A stretch of 64,000 bases of DNA from Tubiluchus corallicola (taxonomy: Eukaryota; Animalia; Priapulida): assembly GCA_030141605.1 (NCBI GenBank), contig JAQGDQ010000042.1, positions 496,001 to 560,000 of the forward strand. The letters are read 5' to 3'. Numbering within the stretch: position 1 is the first letter of the stretch; each line of letters begins with the position of its first letter. The notes under the pieces are model-generated. The model ran no database searches and was not told the DNA's origin. It saw only the letters and a program-made list of their open reading frames with translations. Positions 51,097 through 64,000 of the stretch are shown here, in pieces. The position numbers and the translations under genes were made by a program.

Positions 51097-54000
51097 TTAT
51101 ACAGCATCGCCCTGACCGCTCTCCTTATTATGTTTCTCTAGTGATGGTGCCTGGTAATCTTGTAGCATTTCCAAATGACGTTTGTACGAAAGTAGCCCTA
51201 ATGCCATGGTGTCAACACCTTTTTCTCCTTGTTCATCTTGAAAAATCTCTATATTTCCAGCATTAGCCTACAGGAACAGGAAAATAAGTCAAAAAAGCAA
51301 CATTTACTTAAAAGATGAGAAAACCAGTGAATAATTTGTTGCTCAACCAAGACTTAGACAGGGCTCACAAAACTTTTTGTCAAGTATAGGAATACCTTAC
51401 TCTACAATGTTAATCTAATTAGTTAGTGAACACACCAATTACACCACATTATTAAAATCAATGATAGAAAGGTGGAAACTTTTAGTTTCAGTTCTCAGTA
51501 CATTTCGTACACACGATTACTTACATACACTTATAATGCAGCCAAATTAAAATGTACTAATATTTATTATTAAACAATTCAATTTTTATTAAAAATTCTA
51601 ATTTACAACTGTTTAAAAACATGTCCAAACATATTGACAGCAATCAGCTGTCATTATTAGTGGTACACTATACAAACAACAGACCAGTTAAATAGGCAGA
51701 GCCTACAGAATAGAAAATTAGCCACTAATTATGTATTTACAAAAAAGCCATTGTAATGAATAAACAGACTCGTACACTGTTACAGTATCTATTTCTACAA
51801 CTGTTTATTCATTACTTTAGCTTCATTGTAAATATATAATTAGTGCATAATTTTCTATACTGTAGGCTCTGTCTATTTAAACTGGTTTGTTGTTTGTATA
51901 GCCTACCACTGATAATGACAGCTGATTGCTGTCGAAACATTTGGTCATGTTTTTAAACAGCTGTAAATTAAAGTTTTTAATGAAAGTTGTGTTGTTTTAA
52001 TAATAAATGCTCAGTGCTTGTGTATACTAATATTTAATTCTTTCCAATTTTACTCGAATGTACTGGCTTTACCAAATAAATTGCATTACTTTTATAATAA
52101 ACCAAGATGATTATATGAAAACTTTTGTTATGTTGGTAACTGTCTAGTATGGCTCTTTTGAGACAATGAAATTGATGGCCAATTTTTTATTTTTAAACAA
52201 AGACTGCACTAGTTCAAGCTCCTGTGACTGCATGTTAGACAATGTAATGTGGTATTTAGTTTTGCTTTCAGGCAGCAGTTTGACAGTTTGCAAAATATAC
52301 CTGCTCAACTAATATAATTTTTTTATACAGTATAATCTGCTTATAACAAGTTTCAAGGGACCATCAAAATTTGCTCGCTATAACAGTCTCGTTATAGTTG
52401 AGGTCAATTATATGAGTGTACATGCTATATACAGGGTTCCCACAGAATTTTAAAATAAATTTCGCTGACATTTCACTGACCAAATATTGATTTTCCATGA
52501 CCAAGATAAGCAAAAATTGTATTACCAGTATATACATTCAGACATTTTTGTGTATGGACATTCATACATATACTGATATGTAATGTGTCATCACAGTTGC
52601 AGTAGTGCTAATGAAATTACACTAATCACATTAAATAAACTTTCTTAATCCAATCATTATTTTTGGAACAGAAATCGAAACTGGGAGAAGCCATAGAAAA
52701 ATTTCATTTGAACACAAATCGCTGAAAAAATATGTTTGGGAAAAAATTGGTTCACAGTGATTATTTTTGCAACCTTTTCCAATTTCCCTGACTTTTTGCC
52801 CCATTTTCGTCATTTTCCTCGATTTTTTACTAAATTATCCTTTTCCTTGACTTTCCAGGATAGCCTGTACTTTCAAGGATTTTCCCTGACCGTGGGAACC
52901 CTGCATATGGAAATGAAGCCCATAAGGCTGATATGATGTTAACGATGACAGAGCACTTTCTTTTGAGACTTTCATGTTGCATGCAAGACCACTGGATGTG
53001 TGCGCGAGTTGAAAACACGCCTAGCTTTTATTTAAATAGGCGAGACCATTGAACCAGCATGGCCTTAATAACTAAATCTACACTCTGGCTAGCCATTTAA
53101 TGTAAAATCACTGTATTTGTTTAAAACATACAGAGTAAACTTATAGTGTTCAAACTCATTTCTAGGATTACGTCAGTATTTTATGTTATAAATCCCTGCA
53201 TAAAATCGCCACGCGAGTTGCTTTTCTAAGTTATCACTGCAGAGTGTTTCATATGCTGATAGCTGAGCGTGTTTTATGTGCGTTTTAACTGCCTGCCAGA
53301 GACCCTGGATGCTTGTGTGGGCGGAAAATGACTAGTTTTTATTAGTTTAAGCCTCGATATGAACATCTCTGTTTTTATTTAAATAGCTGCGCAACTGCAA
53401 TATGATAATTTTTCAAGATGGGGCATGTGTATGGCGACTTGGTTTTACGTGCTCTTATTTTCTTCAGTTTGTTATCATTAATTATTGTGCAATCATCACA
53501 TACTTACATTTATGATAAAAAAGATTTGTTTTTGATTGAATTATTTGTGTTAATCTTCCTTGTTGTTTCCATAAGCTATTGCAGTATGTAAAACCACATA
53601 AATTTCATTGTTATGTATTATGCTATAATGACAATACATTACTTACTGCTACTACTTATTTATGACTATGAGCATTTTAGCAGGACCAATACTGGGTAAT
53701 AATTAAACCTGCAATCTGGCTAACCTATTAGTTAGATAATGCAAAATCAAGATATATATTTAATAGTATAATCAATAAAATTAAATTTTGAAAAGTCACA
53801 AAATTAGTTTGCAAAGCAGGAGTTTATTTTTTGAAAAACTCGGTTATTTTTGCGTGCTTTACATTAAACTTCACCAGATCTTAGTTTAAGACGACAAGTT
53901 ATGAAAGTTATGAGAACCTTTCAGTTGCCAGTGAAGATGCAGAAAATTGCTGAAGTTTAACAAAGGCTTCAACTATGTCATTCAAGCTAGCATGTTGACA

Positions 54001-57000
54001 AGCTGGTCTTTGTTGTGTCTGACTCATCATCTGCTTCATTCTTACAAGTCACAATTACAGCAGCGCAAATAGCTGGGGACGTCACCAGCACGCCTGCATG
54101 TGCCGTACTTGATATACATTGTTTCAAGTGCAATCAATAACTTAATTTCCACCCAGTCCGTTGGCTTTTTGTCCTTGGTGAATGGTGTCTATTCAATTTT
54201 ACTCAGTGTTTTAGAACTCGCGCTCGTTATATGCAGTGTAAATACGATCACGGGGCCAGAAAATTTCCTCGTAAAAAGCAAGATCTCGTACTATCGGAGC
54301 TAGCTGTAAGCAAGGTTTAAATATATTGCTTAAGTCTAAGAATTGGTGGGACTTTGAAATTTCCTCATAACAACCAGGGGCTCGTTATAAGTAGATTATA
54401 CTGTATTAGATTACATGTAGCTCAGCACACAGGTTTCAGTGTATGAACAAGGAATTTTTACAAATTCCACACTTTTATCATGTTTCTTCTTATAAGCTTT
54501 TTCTACCATACTAAAAATCCAGAGTAAAAATTACTAATCTTGCCACCAGTAGTTACAAACAAAACTGCTTATGCAAAATGAAGCAACAATCTGACTACAC
54601 TGTTTTGCAAGTTCTAAATCTAGCAATGCAAGATTTTGTGTGGAGTGTAACCATCTCCTGTGAATAAACTGTGGAGCGACTGATGAATTTATTTTATATT
54701 TTGGATGTCAGAAATTCAAACGAATGCTATTGATCAACAAATAATGCTCGCTTTGTTAATTAAAATCAGTTAAAATTCACTTGGTTTTATCGATTCTCAA
54801 CCGGCCATTGTGAAAACCGTTCCAAGGCAAGAAAATTTTATTTTACATGAGCATAGACATGACCAGTGAAAAACAGCCTGCAGAAAGGTTGTTGCATTCA
54901 TTTCTATGGGCAACAAATGATGCTTCGAAGTTACTAGGGATTTCCGAAGGTTTACTCTGTAGAATAATGTCTTGAAAAATGAGCTGGTAAAAAATGAAAA
55001 GTAGTACACTCAAAATTTGCAACAATATAAAATTAAAGTGAATTTCCATCAGTTACAATAGTGTAACCTGGGCGGAAGTAGGTGTTAAGTTCGAGTCCTA
55101 GTGGAGATGCAAAATTTTTCAAGATTTTCTCATGTAGTATTGCTTTCATGTGTTTATTAGATTTATAAAACTTCCTACAAGTGTTACTATAATTCACAAG
55201 TCTCCTAACATGGCCTAAACTAAAATCACACAATCACAATCATTATCATCAAAAGCATCAAAAATTACAAATTTACCAATTGCAGGGATGCCAAGAATAA
55301 TCTGCTGGTCTCATATGTATCTTTTCCGGATACTATCTGACGAAACGGGATCCTGCCTCTCATGGAACTAGGCGTGGCAGAAAGAGCTGACAAGATTGTT
55401 GATCCGTATGTGTGGATGTCAAAGTTAGATCGATGATCCTAGCAGTTAATATTTTGTTAAAATGCAAAAATCGTATATTTTGGATCTTGAGCAGAATATC
55501 ATTTACTTGCAATACTGCATACATTTAGCAAATGCTTCGGAATGATTCCTACACAAATACAACTTTAACATATTAGCAAAAATAATAGGGAGATTAAGAA
55601 TTTAGATAAAACTGTATTTTATCATATGAATGACAACTATCTTACTTCTTCGTCTAATTTTGGCAAAATTTTAGACTCCCATTCGTTAACTCTCCGCGCT
55701 AGTTCTGTCACATTAGCGTATTGCTCAGCACTTTCCATATATCCTTCCTGTTAAAAAACATGCACAATAGTAACAAATGAGCTAGAAGCTTAACATGCTT
55801 AAAATGTTCAAGTTCAAACGCTAAATAACTCCCAAAGGTACAACCACAACGAAGGTTGTAAGTACCACTGTCATTTTACTCGTTCCTAATGTCTTAGCTA
55901 AAATTTAACAAAATAATTCTGCTGGACTATTTCCCATACAATACTTAAAAATAATTATCAGTATACCACTCGTTTTCTGACAAGTTCTTCATAACTAGAG
56001 ATTGCTTCCATAGCACCCTGTGTGAGAGGAGGCTCAAGTGCCACATCACCACTGTCATCATCTGGACCATCATCTACTCCATCAGACACAGCAGGAAACC
56101 CATCCACATAGTTATCATCTTCGGCAACATCAGCAACTATAGCAGATTAATAACTGTTTAGCTGGCTTCTTTTCTTTTGTATAGCTATTTGGTTAATAAG
56201 AAAAGATTTTAATGCAAGAGTTACACCCCAAACGGCGAACCTCTAGCAAAAAATAGCAGTGAATGCAATTTCAGGCTACAAGACGCCATTAGGGGAATAC
56301 CATAATAAGCCTTTCACAGTTTTGCTATGCGCACGCGCAGTTGCTGTAGGTCAAAAGTTAACAGAACCTAGTGAGTCTTTCTTAACTACAACTGTTATGT
56401 GACTTTACGTACCTAATTACATGTAGGCGAAACACATAGTTATGTTTATTATTATGCTACACGTGTATAGTTTTTAAATTATAATATTATTCTCATCCAA
56501 AAAACAGCTAGCAAAACAGCAGCAGCAATCCACATAAAATGAAGTAACTGAAACAAAAATGAACGCCAAGAACTGTTACTAATACAACAGCATGGGCTGC
56601 GAGGCATTGTCAAGTGTAAACAAATCTGTTTGTCTGGTTCAGGCAATGTTGTAAGGTTCTAGTGTTAACATGGGGTAGCAAAAATGAGACTCGGCCACCC
56701 TTTCCTTAAACCCGTCGGGTACCGGATTGTTAAGATTCAATCACAGACAGTGAATAAATTGTAATCATTTATATTCACAAATAAAAAAATCACTAGTGCA
56801 TTTCAACTGTATTATCTTAGCAACAAACACATGCTTAGGCCCTGAACACGAGCTATGAGTCTCAAAAGTTAGTGTTTTGCCACTGCACTGTCTTATCTCC
56901 TAGACTTCTTATTTACTTGTATTACATACTTTATCAATAAATGAGCTACAGTGTAGGGATTATAACAATCTGTTGTGGTTTTTGTGTGTTGTTAAACTTA

Positions 57001-60000
57001 ACAATCCCTTGTTTGTGTCATTGTTAGTGGCCAGAAAGCTTTTTAAATGTTAACAAACCAATTCGTTTGAACAATTAACCGTTTGTGAAGAAATTACAGT
57101 TTGTTTTTGGTAAAGTTTTGTAGGCAAAAATGGTTCGATCTGTTGTGCACTTGCAACGCAACTGATAGAGACATAGTGGCTGCCGGCTTGCTAATGCTGA
57201 ATTAAGCTATTATGCAGTAGTTCAAAATAATAATGACTAATAATTTACTAATTTTAGGTTTAATGTATTTAAGTGCAGTCTGCTTGTAGGTATCTATTGT
57301 ACAGTAGTGTGCCACAGAAAAAGTGGCATTTAAATTTTGAATGAATTCTTAAACAATGGATATACTATTAATAATATTGTCTACATTTTCATTGTCGGAA
57401 CTGGGCAGAAATATCAAGCTTGGGTAATGAAAAATGCAGGTAAGTACCCGAGTACCCAGGGTGTCAGATGGAAACACTATTAGGTTCACCTAACCTTTGA
57501 CCTTTCACGATCATCACCAATTGATGGAACTGGGAAAAGGCTTATTACTGTTAAAAGTCAAAGTCAATCCTACTTTATGAAGCCTTAGATTAACCTGACC
57601 ACAAATCTTAGAAAAAACTTCTAAACCTTTCTGGTTCTTGCACTTCCTTCACACAAGTGGTAGTTTATGCAAGAACAGGTTGTGTATAATATTGTGACAA
57701 TAGGAAGAATTTCTGATTCATTTCACACATTTTACTCAATAGACTGCTGTAAGACAAGAAGCCTTAGTTACCACAGAACCTTGGTTAGACATACATCTTT
57801 CGTTTAGACAACAACCAGTTTTTTGCATATTAATCTATTTTACTCCAGCAGCAGAGTTATAGCTTCTGACCCCCTTTCTGTATAAAAAAACGTTTTGGCC
57901 TTCGAATGGCTAAGCCCAGCAGACAGGAGCAAGGTATGGAAGTTGTTTACAAATTTGTCACGAGAGAAATCATGTGGTGTCCAAGGACGTACTTTTCTCA
58001 GCTTCTCGTTGTTTCTGCATCTCAGCTTCTCGATGCTCAATCTCGGCAATCTCTCGCAACCGCCCCTGAGCAACCTTGAACAAAGACAAACTAAATGAGC
58101 GTGCAAAATGAGAGTAATTAACAAGAGCGGTCAGACAAAACTATATCGTTTACATATGCACTGAGCACAAAAACTATTACATTAGGTGATTAAATATCAA
58201 AAGGTCCCTTAGATAAATACAATAGCTACAACAACTGCTAGTGCACTATAAGCAGAAATCGACTGGATTTTTCCGCATTGACTACCTGCCATGAACAAAA
58301 CAAACAATATTTAAACTCTAAATACAAAATTTAACGAGGCAATTAGCAATCATTAAATTTTGTATTTAGGGCTTAAGATATTTTTCTGTTGAAGATGGTA
58401 TGAAGACAATGCCAAAACAACCAGTTGATTCCTACTCAAGTTTTAGTGTGCAGTATGATGATCATGTCTTTAGTGACCTTTGTCTTAAACTTTAGATTTT
58501 CAGTGATAAAGATGAGATTTCCAATGATAAATTAAGGTTCTTTAGATTTTCATAGTAATATTAAGATCATTCAAAATAACATTAACTGACATTCTTTCAA
58601 GGTAAAAGATTCTACACACCAACTGTTTTTTCTTCTGCCTCTGTAACTCTTGGCGTTTTTTCTGTTCTGTAATAAATTGTTTCTTTAATTCTGTGCACAT
58701 CGGTCGCTTGGTTGGATTTTTTGGCAACTTGATTACATCATTTTGCTCAACTAAACCAAAACAATGACACTGTTAAACACCTTACATTTTATCATTAATA
58801 ATTTCTCTCCTCTTCACACAATTATGCAGTTATTCTGTGGTGTAGTGGTTAGCACAGCTGCTTGAAAACATGGGTTGAAGTACCAGTGGAGGTGCAAACC
58901 CTTTTCAGACTTTTTATTTGGTATTGCTTTAGCCTGTTTATGTACTTGAAACAGAAGCTAGTGAGTGAATTACATACATGTTTCTAAGCAGTAGATGATA
59001 ATGTGATGTGGTTTAACTGGAAGCTTCTTCGGCATCTTCTTCGCTTTTTTTTCTTGTGCCTTTGATGACTGCTTCTTTTCTTGAGCTTTTGAAGGTACTT
59101 TGAAAGGTCGACCTGTTGATTTATTTCAATATACACAGAATGCAAAAGAAATGAAATAAGACTATACACAGATTGCAAAATGTCTACCAGCATGTCAGGT
59201 GATGACAACATCTCAACACAGCTTCTAAAAGATGAATCGCCATAATACTGTATCAAAAATATTAACAGTAACATAGAAAGGTACCGTTAGCATCATAGTC
59301 TTCCACATGCAACTTGCAAGCATTCCATAGTAACAATAGCATTCTAACAATAGCATTTCCAGGCATTATACTTTACCAAACCGCTGACCACTTGCCTATC
59401 TTTTGCATTGTCAAAAACTCAATTAGTAAACGTGCAAATTCAAAATAACAATTCGTGACAAGAGTAAACTCAATCAAGACGCTTTCTTAAATGACTTAAC
59501 TTTTAAACTAAACAACGAATCTTTTGTGACAATATCAATAAACGAAGCATTTCAAAAATTCATGAATATAATTACAGAAACTGTTAACTACCATGCACCG
59601 TATAAAACCTTGTCGAGAAAACAAACTAAGACATTTTACAAACCCTGGTTAACTCAAGGTATCCGAAATCAGAAAACTTCTATCAGAAAAAAAGTCATTT
59701 ATACAAAACTCGTACATTATCAGACAGCTTATATAAAAATGAATATTATCGTACTTATTGTAATAAATTAAATCGAATAAAAGAACAGTCAAAACGTAAC
59801 TATTACTCAAAAGTGCTCCAAGGAAATAAAAATAATATGCGATTAACATGGAAAACCATAAATGAAATTACAAACTGTAAAGTGAAAAACCATTTTCAAC
59901 CTAGCAAGTTAACACAAAATGGTAATGAGTACAATAACCATACGGATATAAGTGAAATACTAAACCAGTTTTTAGTAACACAGGTAGCAATATGGAGAGA

Positions 60001-63000
60001 AAGATACCATACACTAAAGTAAAATTTGATTCTTTTTTGAAGAACCCAGTAAATAGCACATTTTTTTATGTACCCTATATTAGAAAATGAAACATATGCA
60101 GAAATCAATAACTTAAACATTAATAAATCTGCAGGTCCAGAGAATATTCCAATTCACTTTTATAAACTAGCTGTCAGCATTATTACACCATACTTAACGA
60201 CACTTTATAATAAATCGATTACTGATGGCATATTTCCTAACATTTTAAAACTAGCAAAAATAATTCCAATTTATAAGTCCGAATCACCCGAAAATCCCAC
60301 TAACTATAGTTACCTATTTCTTTACTCTCACCAAAATATTTGAAAAACTCATCTTTATCCGGCTTGACAAATTCATTTCAACAAACAAACTACTATCAGA
60401 ACACCAATTTGGTTTCAGGAAAAATCACTCTACTGCCTTAGCTGTGTCTGAACTAACCGATAGAATTCTTAATAATATCGACAAAAATGTATTTGTGTAT
60501 GGCATCTTCCTAGATCTGTTCAAGGCTTTTGACACTGTACAACATAATATATTACTGCAAAAAATGAAACATTATGGTATTAGAGGCTATCCCAAAATTT
60601 CTTTGCATCTTACTTGCACAACAGACAACAGTACACTTCCACTGGAGATACTAACTAAAATCTAACTACTATAACATGTGGAGTACCACAAGGCTCTACT
60701 CTAGGCCCGATATTGTTTCTTTTGTACATAAATGATCTTGTTAACTGTTCTAAATTCCACACTAGAATGTTTGCAAATGACACTAATCTATTTTTAACAG
60801 ATACTAAGATAATTAACTTACAAACCTCAGTTAATAGTGAATTGCATAAGATTAATCAGTGGATGAAAGCTAACAAACTGTCTATTAACTATAAAAAGAC
60901 AAAATACATGTTGATTACGCCTGGCCGCAAAACAGATGCATATGAAAATTTCCAAATTTCAATGAATAATCAAATATTAACTAGGTCTAAAGAAATTAAA
61001 TACCTCGGTATGTTCATTGATGATAACTTAACATCGTCTACACAAATAAAACACATAACCAACAAAATTAGCAAAATCAAGGGCATAATTGCGAGGATAA
61101 GACACTACGTAAATACAGATGTACTAAAACTAATATACCATGCTTTGGTTTATTCTTATCTTCACTATGGGATTCTTGCCTGGGGCACTGCATCTTCAAA
61201 TACTTTAAAACCAATACAAACTCATCAAAACATTATAGTTAAGCTGATGACATTTTCTGGTAGACGGGAACATGCAACACCATCTTACATTAAATTTGGC
61301 CTCTTAAAACTGAATGATATCTACAAACCCGAGCTTGCAAAATATGTATACAAATTTAAGAATAACTTACTACCAGAATTGTTTCTAAATTACTATATGC
61401 CGGCATCTGACATTCACAGTTACAACACTAGGTTTTCTAATAGCAGTTCTTTCTTCATCGAATGATTTAATAGATCTAAGGGTCAAAGGTCGTTAAAATA
61501 TCAGGGATCAGTATTATGGAACTCCCTACCTGCTCATATAACTTCTTTACGTCTGCATTCACTAAATAAACAGTACACTAAGGCACTTCTTGAAACTTAC
61601 AAATAAATCAATTTTTTGTCTATTAGATGTACATTCTTGTGGTAACTTTTGCTGAAAAACAATTTTTTATAAGGTGCAAACTCACTTTCTATAATGTCCA
61701 ATAATGAACACACTTCTTATATTACAGGCAAACACAGTCAGCAAAATGGACATAATGATTTCACTCAGAAACAATTGTGAGGTATTTTCAATGAGTTGCT
61801 TAGTAGTTCATAAATTTGTCATGGTTTTTGGTTTTTGATTTTTTTGCTGTTGTTGTATTTTTGTTTTTGTATTTCTGCACGTTTATGTATTTTTTAATAT
61901 AGTTGTGTCTCCTGTCATTAGCGTCTTTTTTGTTTACTGTCCTTTGAGAAGGGTGGTTGACTCGATAACCTTTGGTTTTTCGCCACCCTTTCTCCCATGT
62001 CGTTTGTATTTTTGTGTATTTTATTGTCAAATCATTGTAAATTTATGGAGGAGAATAAAAATTACTATTACTATTACTATTACTAACCTGGGTTTGGGTA
62101 TTATCACAAGCATGAATGGTGAGAGCCAATTGTAACCTCACAATAATGAACCAATAACAAAATTAGAAAAGATAGACAAAGTTTAATTTTGAAAATTTGA
62201 TCATAACAGGAAAGTAAGTAAACACCTTTCTTGAACTGCTTGTCAAACGAGCTGTCACACCGATGAGGGTCACTCATTTCCCAAACGTTAATCACCTAAC
62301 AATAAATAAACACAATTATTATGCAACAAAGGCAGATTGCAACATTTAATTAGCAAGCAAATTGGTCAGCAAAACAGTTTTGTTCTTGTAGGCAAAATGA
62401 TATTCACAACTTTCAATATAATTCAGAAAGCAAAAATATCGTCAATTAATTGGTATTATACAGATGACATGATATAGCCAATTAAAAGCTATCAATCAAA
62501 AAATATTATACGCAAAATTCTATCACTCTTGTTACGTAATGTACGTTTTAGACCATGACATAGTTTATGGTATGTTTTACTTTTTCGAATTTTTTATTTA
62601 TTTTAATTTTCTGTAACGTTTTATAATTAAATTTTTTTAAGTGAAACTTATCGTAGTTCAGTTGCACGTGTGACAGAACAACTCCATCTTTCTCACTGTT
62701 TCCCATGCAAGTAATGCAAGTACACAAAAATATTAAAAGACCCATGTTTTATGTTAGGACTTCTACTAACTATAAAATTGAGCATTTCATACCTAATAAC
62801 CATGGCATTTCAAGTATATACAAACTTCAATAACGTTTAAACAACAATGGACAATTATTTAAACCACAATATCCTTAACTTTTAATACTTATGACTTTAT
62901 CACAGTCATGCAAGGATCTTTCTAAATGAAAATGTACTAGAATGCTATTGTTGGTTTGCCTTCAATAACTTTCTTTACCTACTCTGAAGTTACTGTTACT

Positions 63001-64000
63001 GCACAGTTTAGAGAAACTTGTTTTGTTTACTTTGTTTACATTTTCTTTAGCTTATAAGTTGTAAATAAAGTTAAGCCAGTCAGTAAGAAGGCTTAATATC
63101 AAGTTAAATGATTTTTAACAAAAAATTTAATGAAGGCTAAAATTCTGTTGCTATTATATATTATACTGCATGCAGAAAGAAAATTATACAGTAATTTGCA
63201 AGACTGTGCATCTTGCATTATCAAGCTCTAATGTCTAATTTTAGCAGTGCTTTAACGCTTATAAATAATGCTCACAAAGTACCTGAAAGTGCTTGTACTA
63301 CCCGTACTGTAAATTATTTGATTAAAATGCAAAGGCATTTGTTCAAAAACTCAAATTAGATAAATACAAATTTGTGCATACACACCGGTTTTGGGGGAGT
63401 ACGAGGAGATGCCTTTAATGCTTCAGCTCTACGGGCAGATTTCCTAAGAGGCGAGCTGCCCTAAAATAAATTAAAACTACAAATTCAGAAAGTGAAATTT
63501 TTGAAAGTAAATTTCACAGGAAAATCAGTCTTTGTTTTAGAAATACTTCCGTTTTCAGGTCTTATTTTCCTGCTAGTTCAATGGTTCTAAATTCGATAAA
63601 GAAAATTTTAGATAAATTAATGCATTTAGACAATTTTTCGATCCTTTTTTCTGGATGGGGACGTTTACCCTCTCAATAAATGTTGTCACCAAGACTCAAG
63701 TGGTCTGACCAGACGAATGTTGTTAACAGGAAGTGAACTTAATAGCTTCCGGTAGAATTTCCAACACTTCTGTTTTCCGCACTTGTGAAAAATTAGATTT
63801 TTCTCAATTTTCCACCAGTAAAGTATGAATTTGACAAATAGAATGGTTTCGAAAAAGTATGTTGTACAAGGTTATTCTGTACAATGTAAATTGTATGGAA
63901 TAAAAAAAGTAGCACTTACTGAGCAACAAAATGCTCTAAATGTACTCACTTCAACCGGCTCTTCTTTTACACCTAGAGCAGATTCAAGCTCTTTTGCATT
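51097..64000 (-). CDS. NCAPH2: Condensin-2 complex subunit H2 (kleisin-beta), 3' part; 5' exons lie beyond the window
   Basis: Exons >64000-63950, 63460-63386, 62295-62226, 59112-58978, 58750-58620, 58074-57993, 56136-55967, 55747-55646, 55438-55277, 51267-51097, phase-consistent. FKKGRPFKVP, SYEELVRKRV, TELARRVNEWESKILPKL, FDIHTYG, LFLASLQLANAGNIEI, VDTMALGLL and YQAPS match the NCAPH2 C-terminus. Confidence 0.93.
51562..52008. repeat. Long imperfect inverted repeat (arms about 205 bp, loop 33 bp), likely a Penelope-like pseudo-LTR pair
   Basis: 51562-51767 is the reverse complement of 51801-52008. Flanking 12-bp direct repeat TACTAATATTTA (51555, 52025) and a hammerhead-like motif at 51905-51945. 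Confidence 0.8.
52328..54403 (-). mobile_element. pogo/Tigger-type non-autonomous element
   Basis: TIRs CAGTATAATCTGCTTATAAC / GTTATAAGTAGATTATACTG, TA TSD, minus-strand acidic remnant EADDESD and KHAKITEFFKK*. Confidence 0.85.
52432..52903. mobile_element. DNA-transposon MITE (hAT-like) nested in the pogo element
   Basis: TIRs CAGGGTTCCCAC / GTGGGAACCCTG with TTTCCCTGAC sub-terminal repeats; TSD not conserved. Confidence 0.8.
59340..62086 (+). mobile_element. L2/Crack-like LINE, 5'-truncated with a frameshifted ORF2, in an NCAPH2 intron
   Basis: ADHLPIF (end of the endonuclease), KPWLT, TWKTIN, KLAKIIPIYK, HQFGFRKNHST, FLDLFKAFDTV, GVPQGSTLGP, LYINDL, MFANDT, IKYLG, YGILAWG; 3' UTR and (TACTAT)n tail. 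Confidence 0.93.

Noticed and set aside
58834-58900. tRNA-like sequence (TGGTGTAGTGGTTAGCAC..GGTTGAAGTACC)
   Set aside because: Has A- and B-box-like motifs but no complete cloverleaf; probably a decayed SINE head.
55940-62230. Possible U12-type introns in NCAPH2 (weak donors GTATAC, GTACGT, GTGTGT, GTGTTT)
   Set aside because: None matches the U12 consensus RTATCCTT; they are simply weak U2 donors.
1-64000. CRISPR arrays, operons or prokaryotic defence systems
   Set aside because: The sequence is spliceosomal-intron-rich eukaryotic DNA. The short repeats are transposon sub-terminal motifs or tandem duplications without unique, regular spacers.

Overview
AT-rich, intron-containing animal (invertebrate-like) genomic DNA, not prokaryotic, so most short ORFs in the supplied track are noise. 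I reconstructed six spliced host genes by hand with phase-consistent GT-AG exons: two divergently oriented Ly6/quiver(sleepless)-like three-finger paralogues (1933-5637 minus; 11182-13988 plus), a calumenin/reticulocalbin (17479-25118 minus, ends HEEL), IMMP1L (30380-37031 plus), TMEM263 (about 44841-46773 plus) and the 3' part of NCAPH2 (51097 to beyond 64000, minus). Introns and intergenic DNA are packed with hAT and pogo MITEs, LINE fragments, a Helentron-like element and a Penelope-like inverted repeat. The best candidate for something new is a fully open 695-aa hAT transposase ORF (28040-30127) just upstream of the first coding exon of IMMP1L. It has lost its catalytic Glu, the RW-motif Trp and its target-site duplication, yet keeps a splice acceptor and Kozak start, which suggests a domesticated transposase sharing the IMMP1L transcription unit. 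All identifications come from manual translation and remembered family motifs; no database searches were run.
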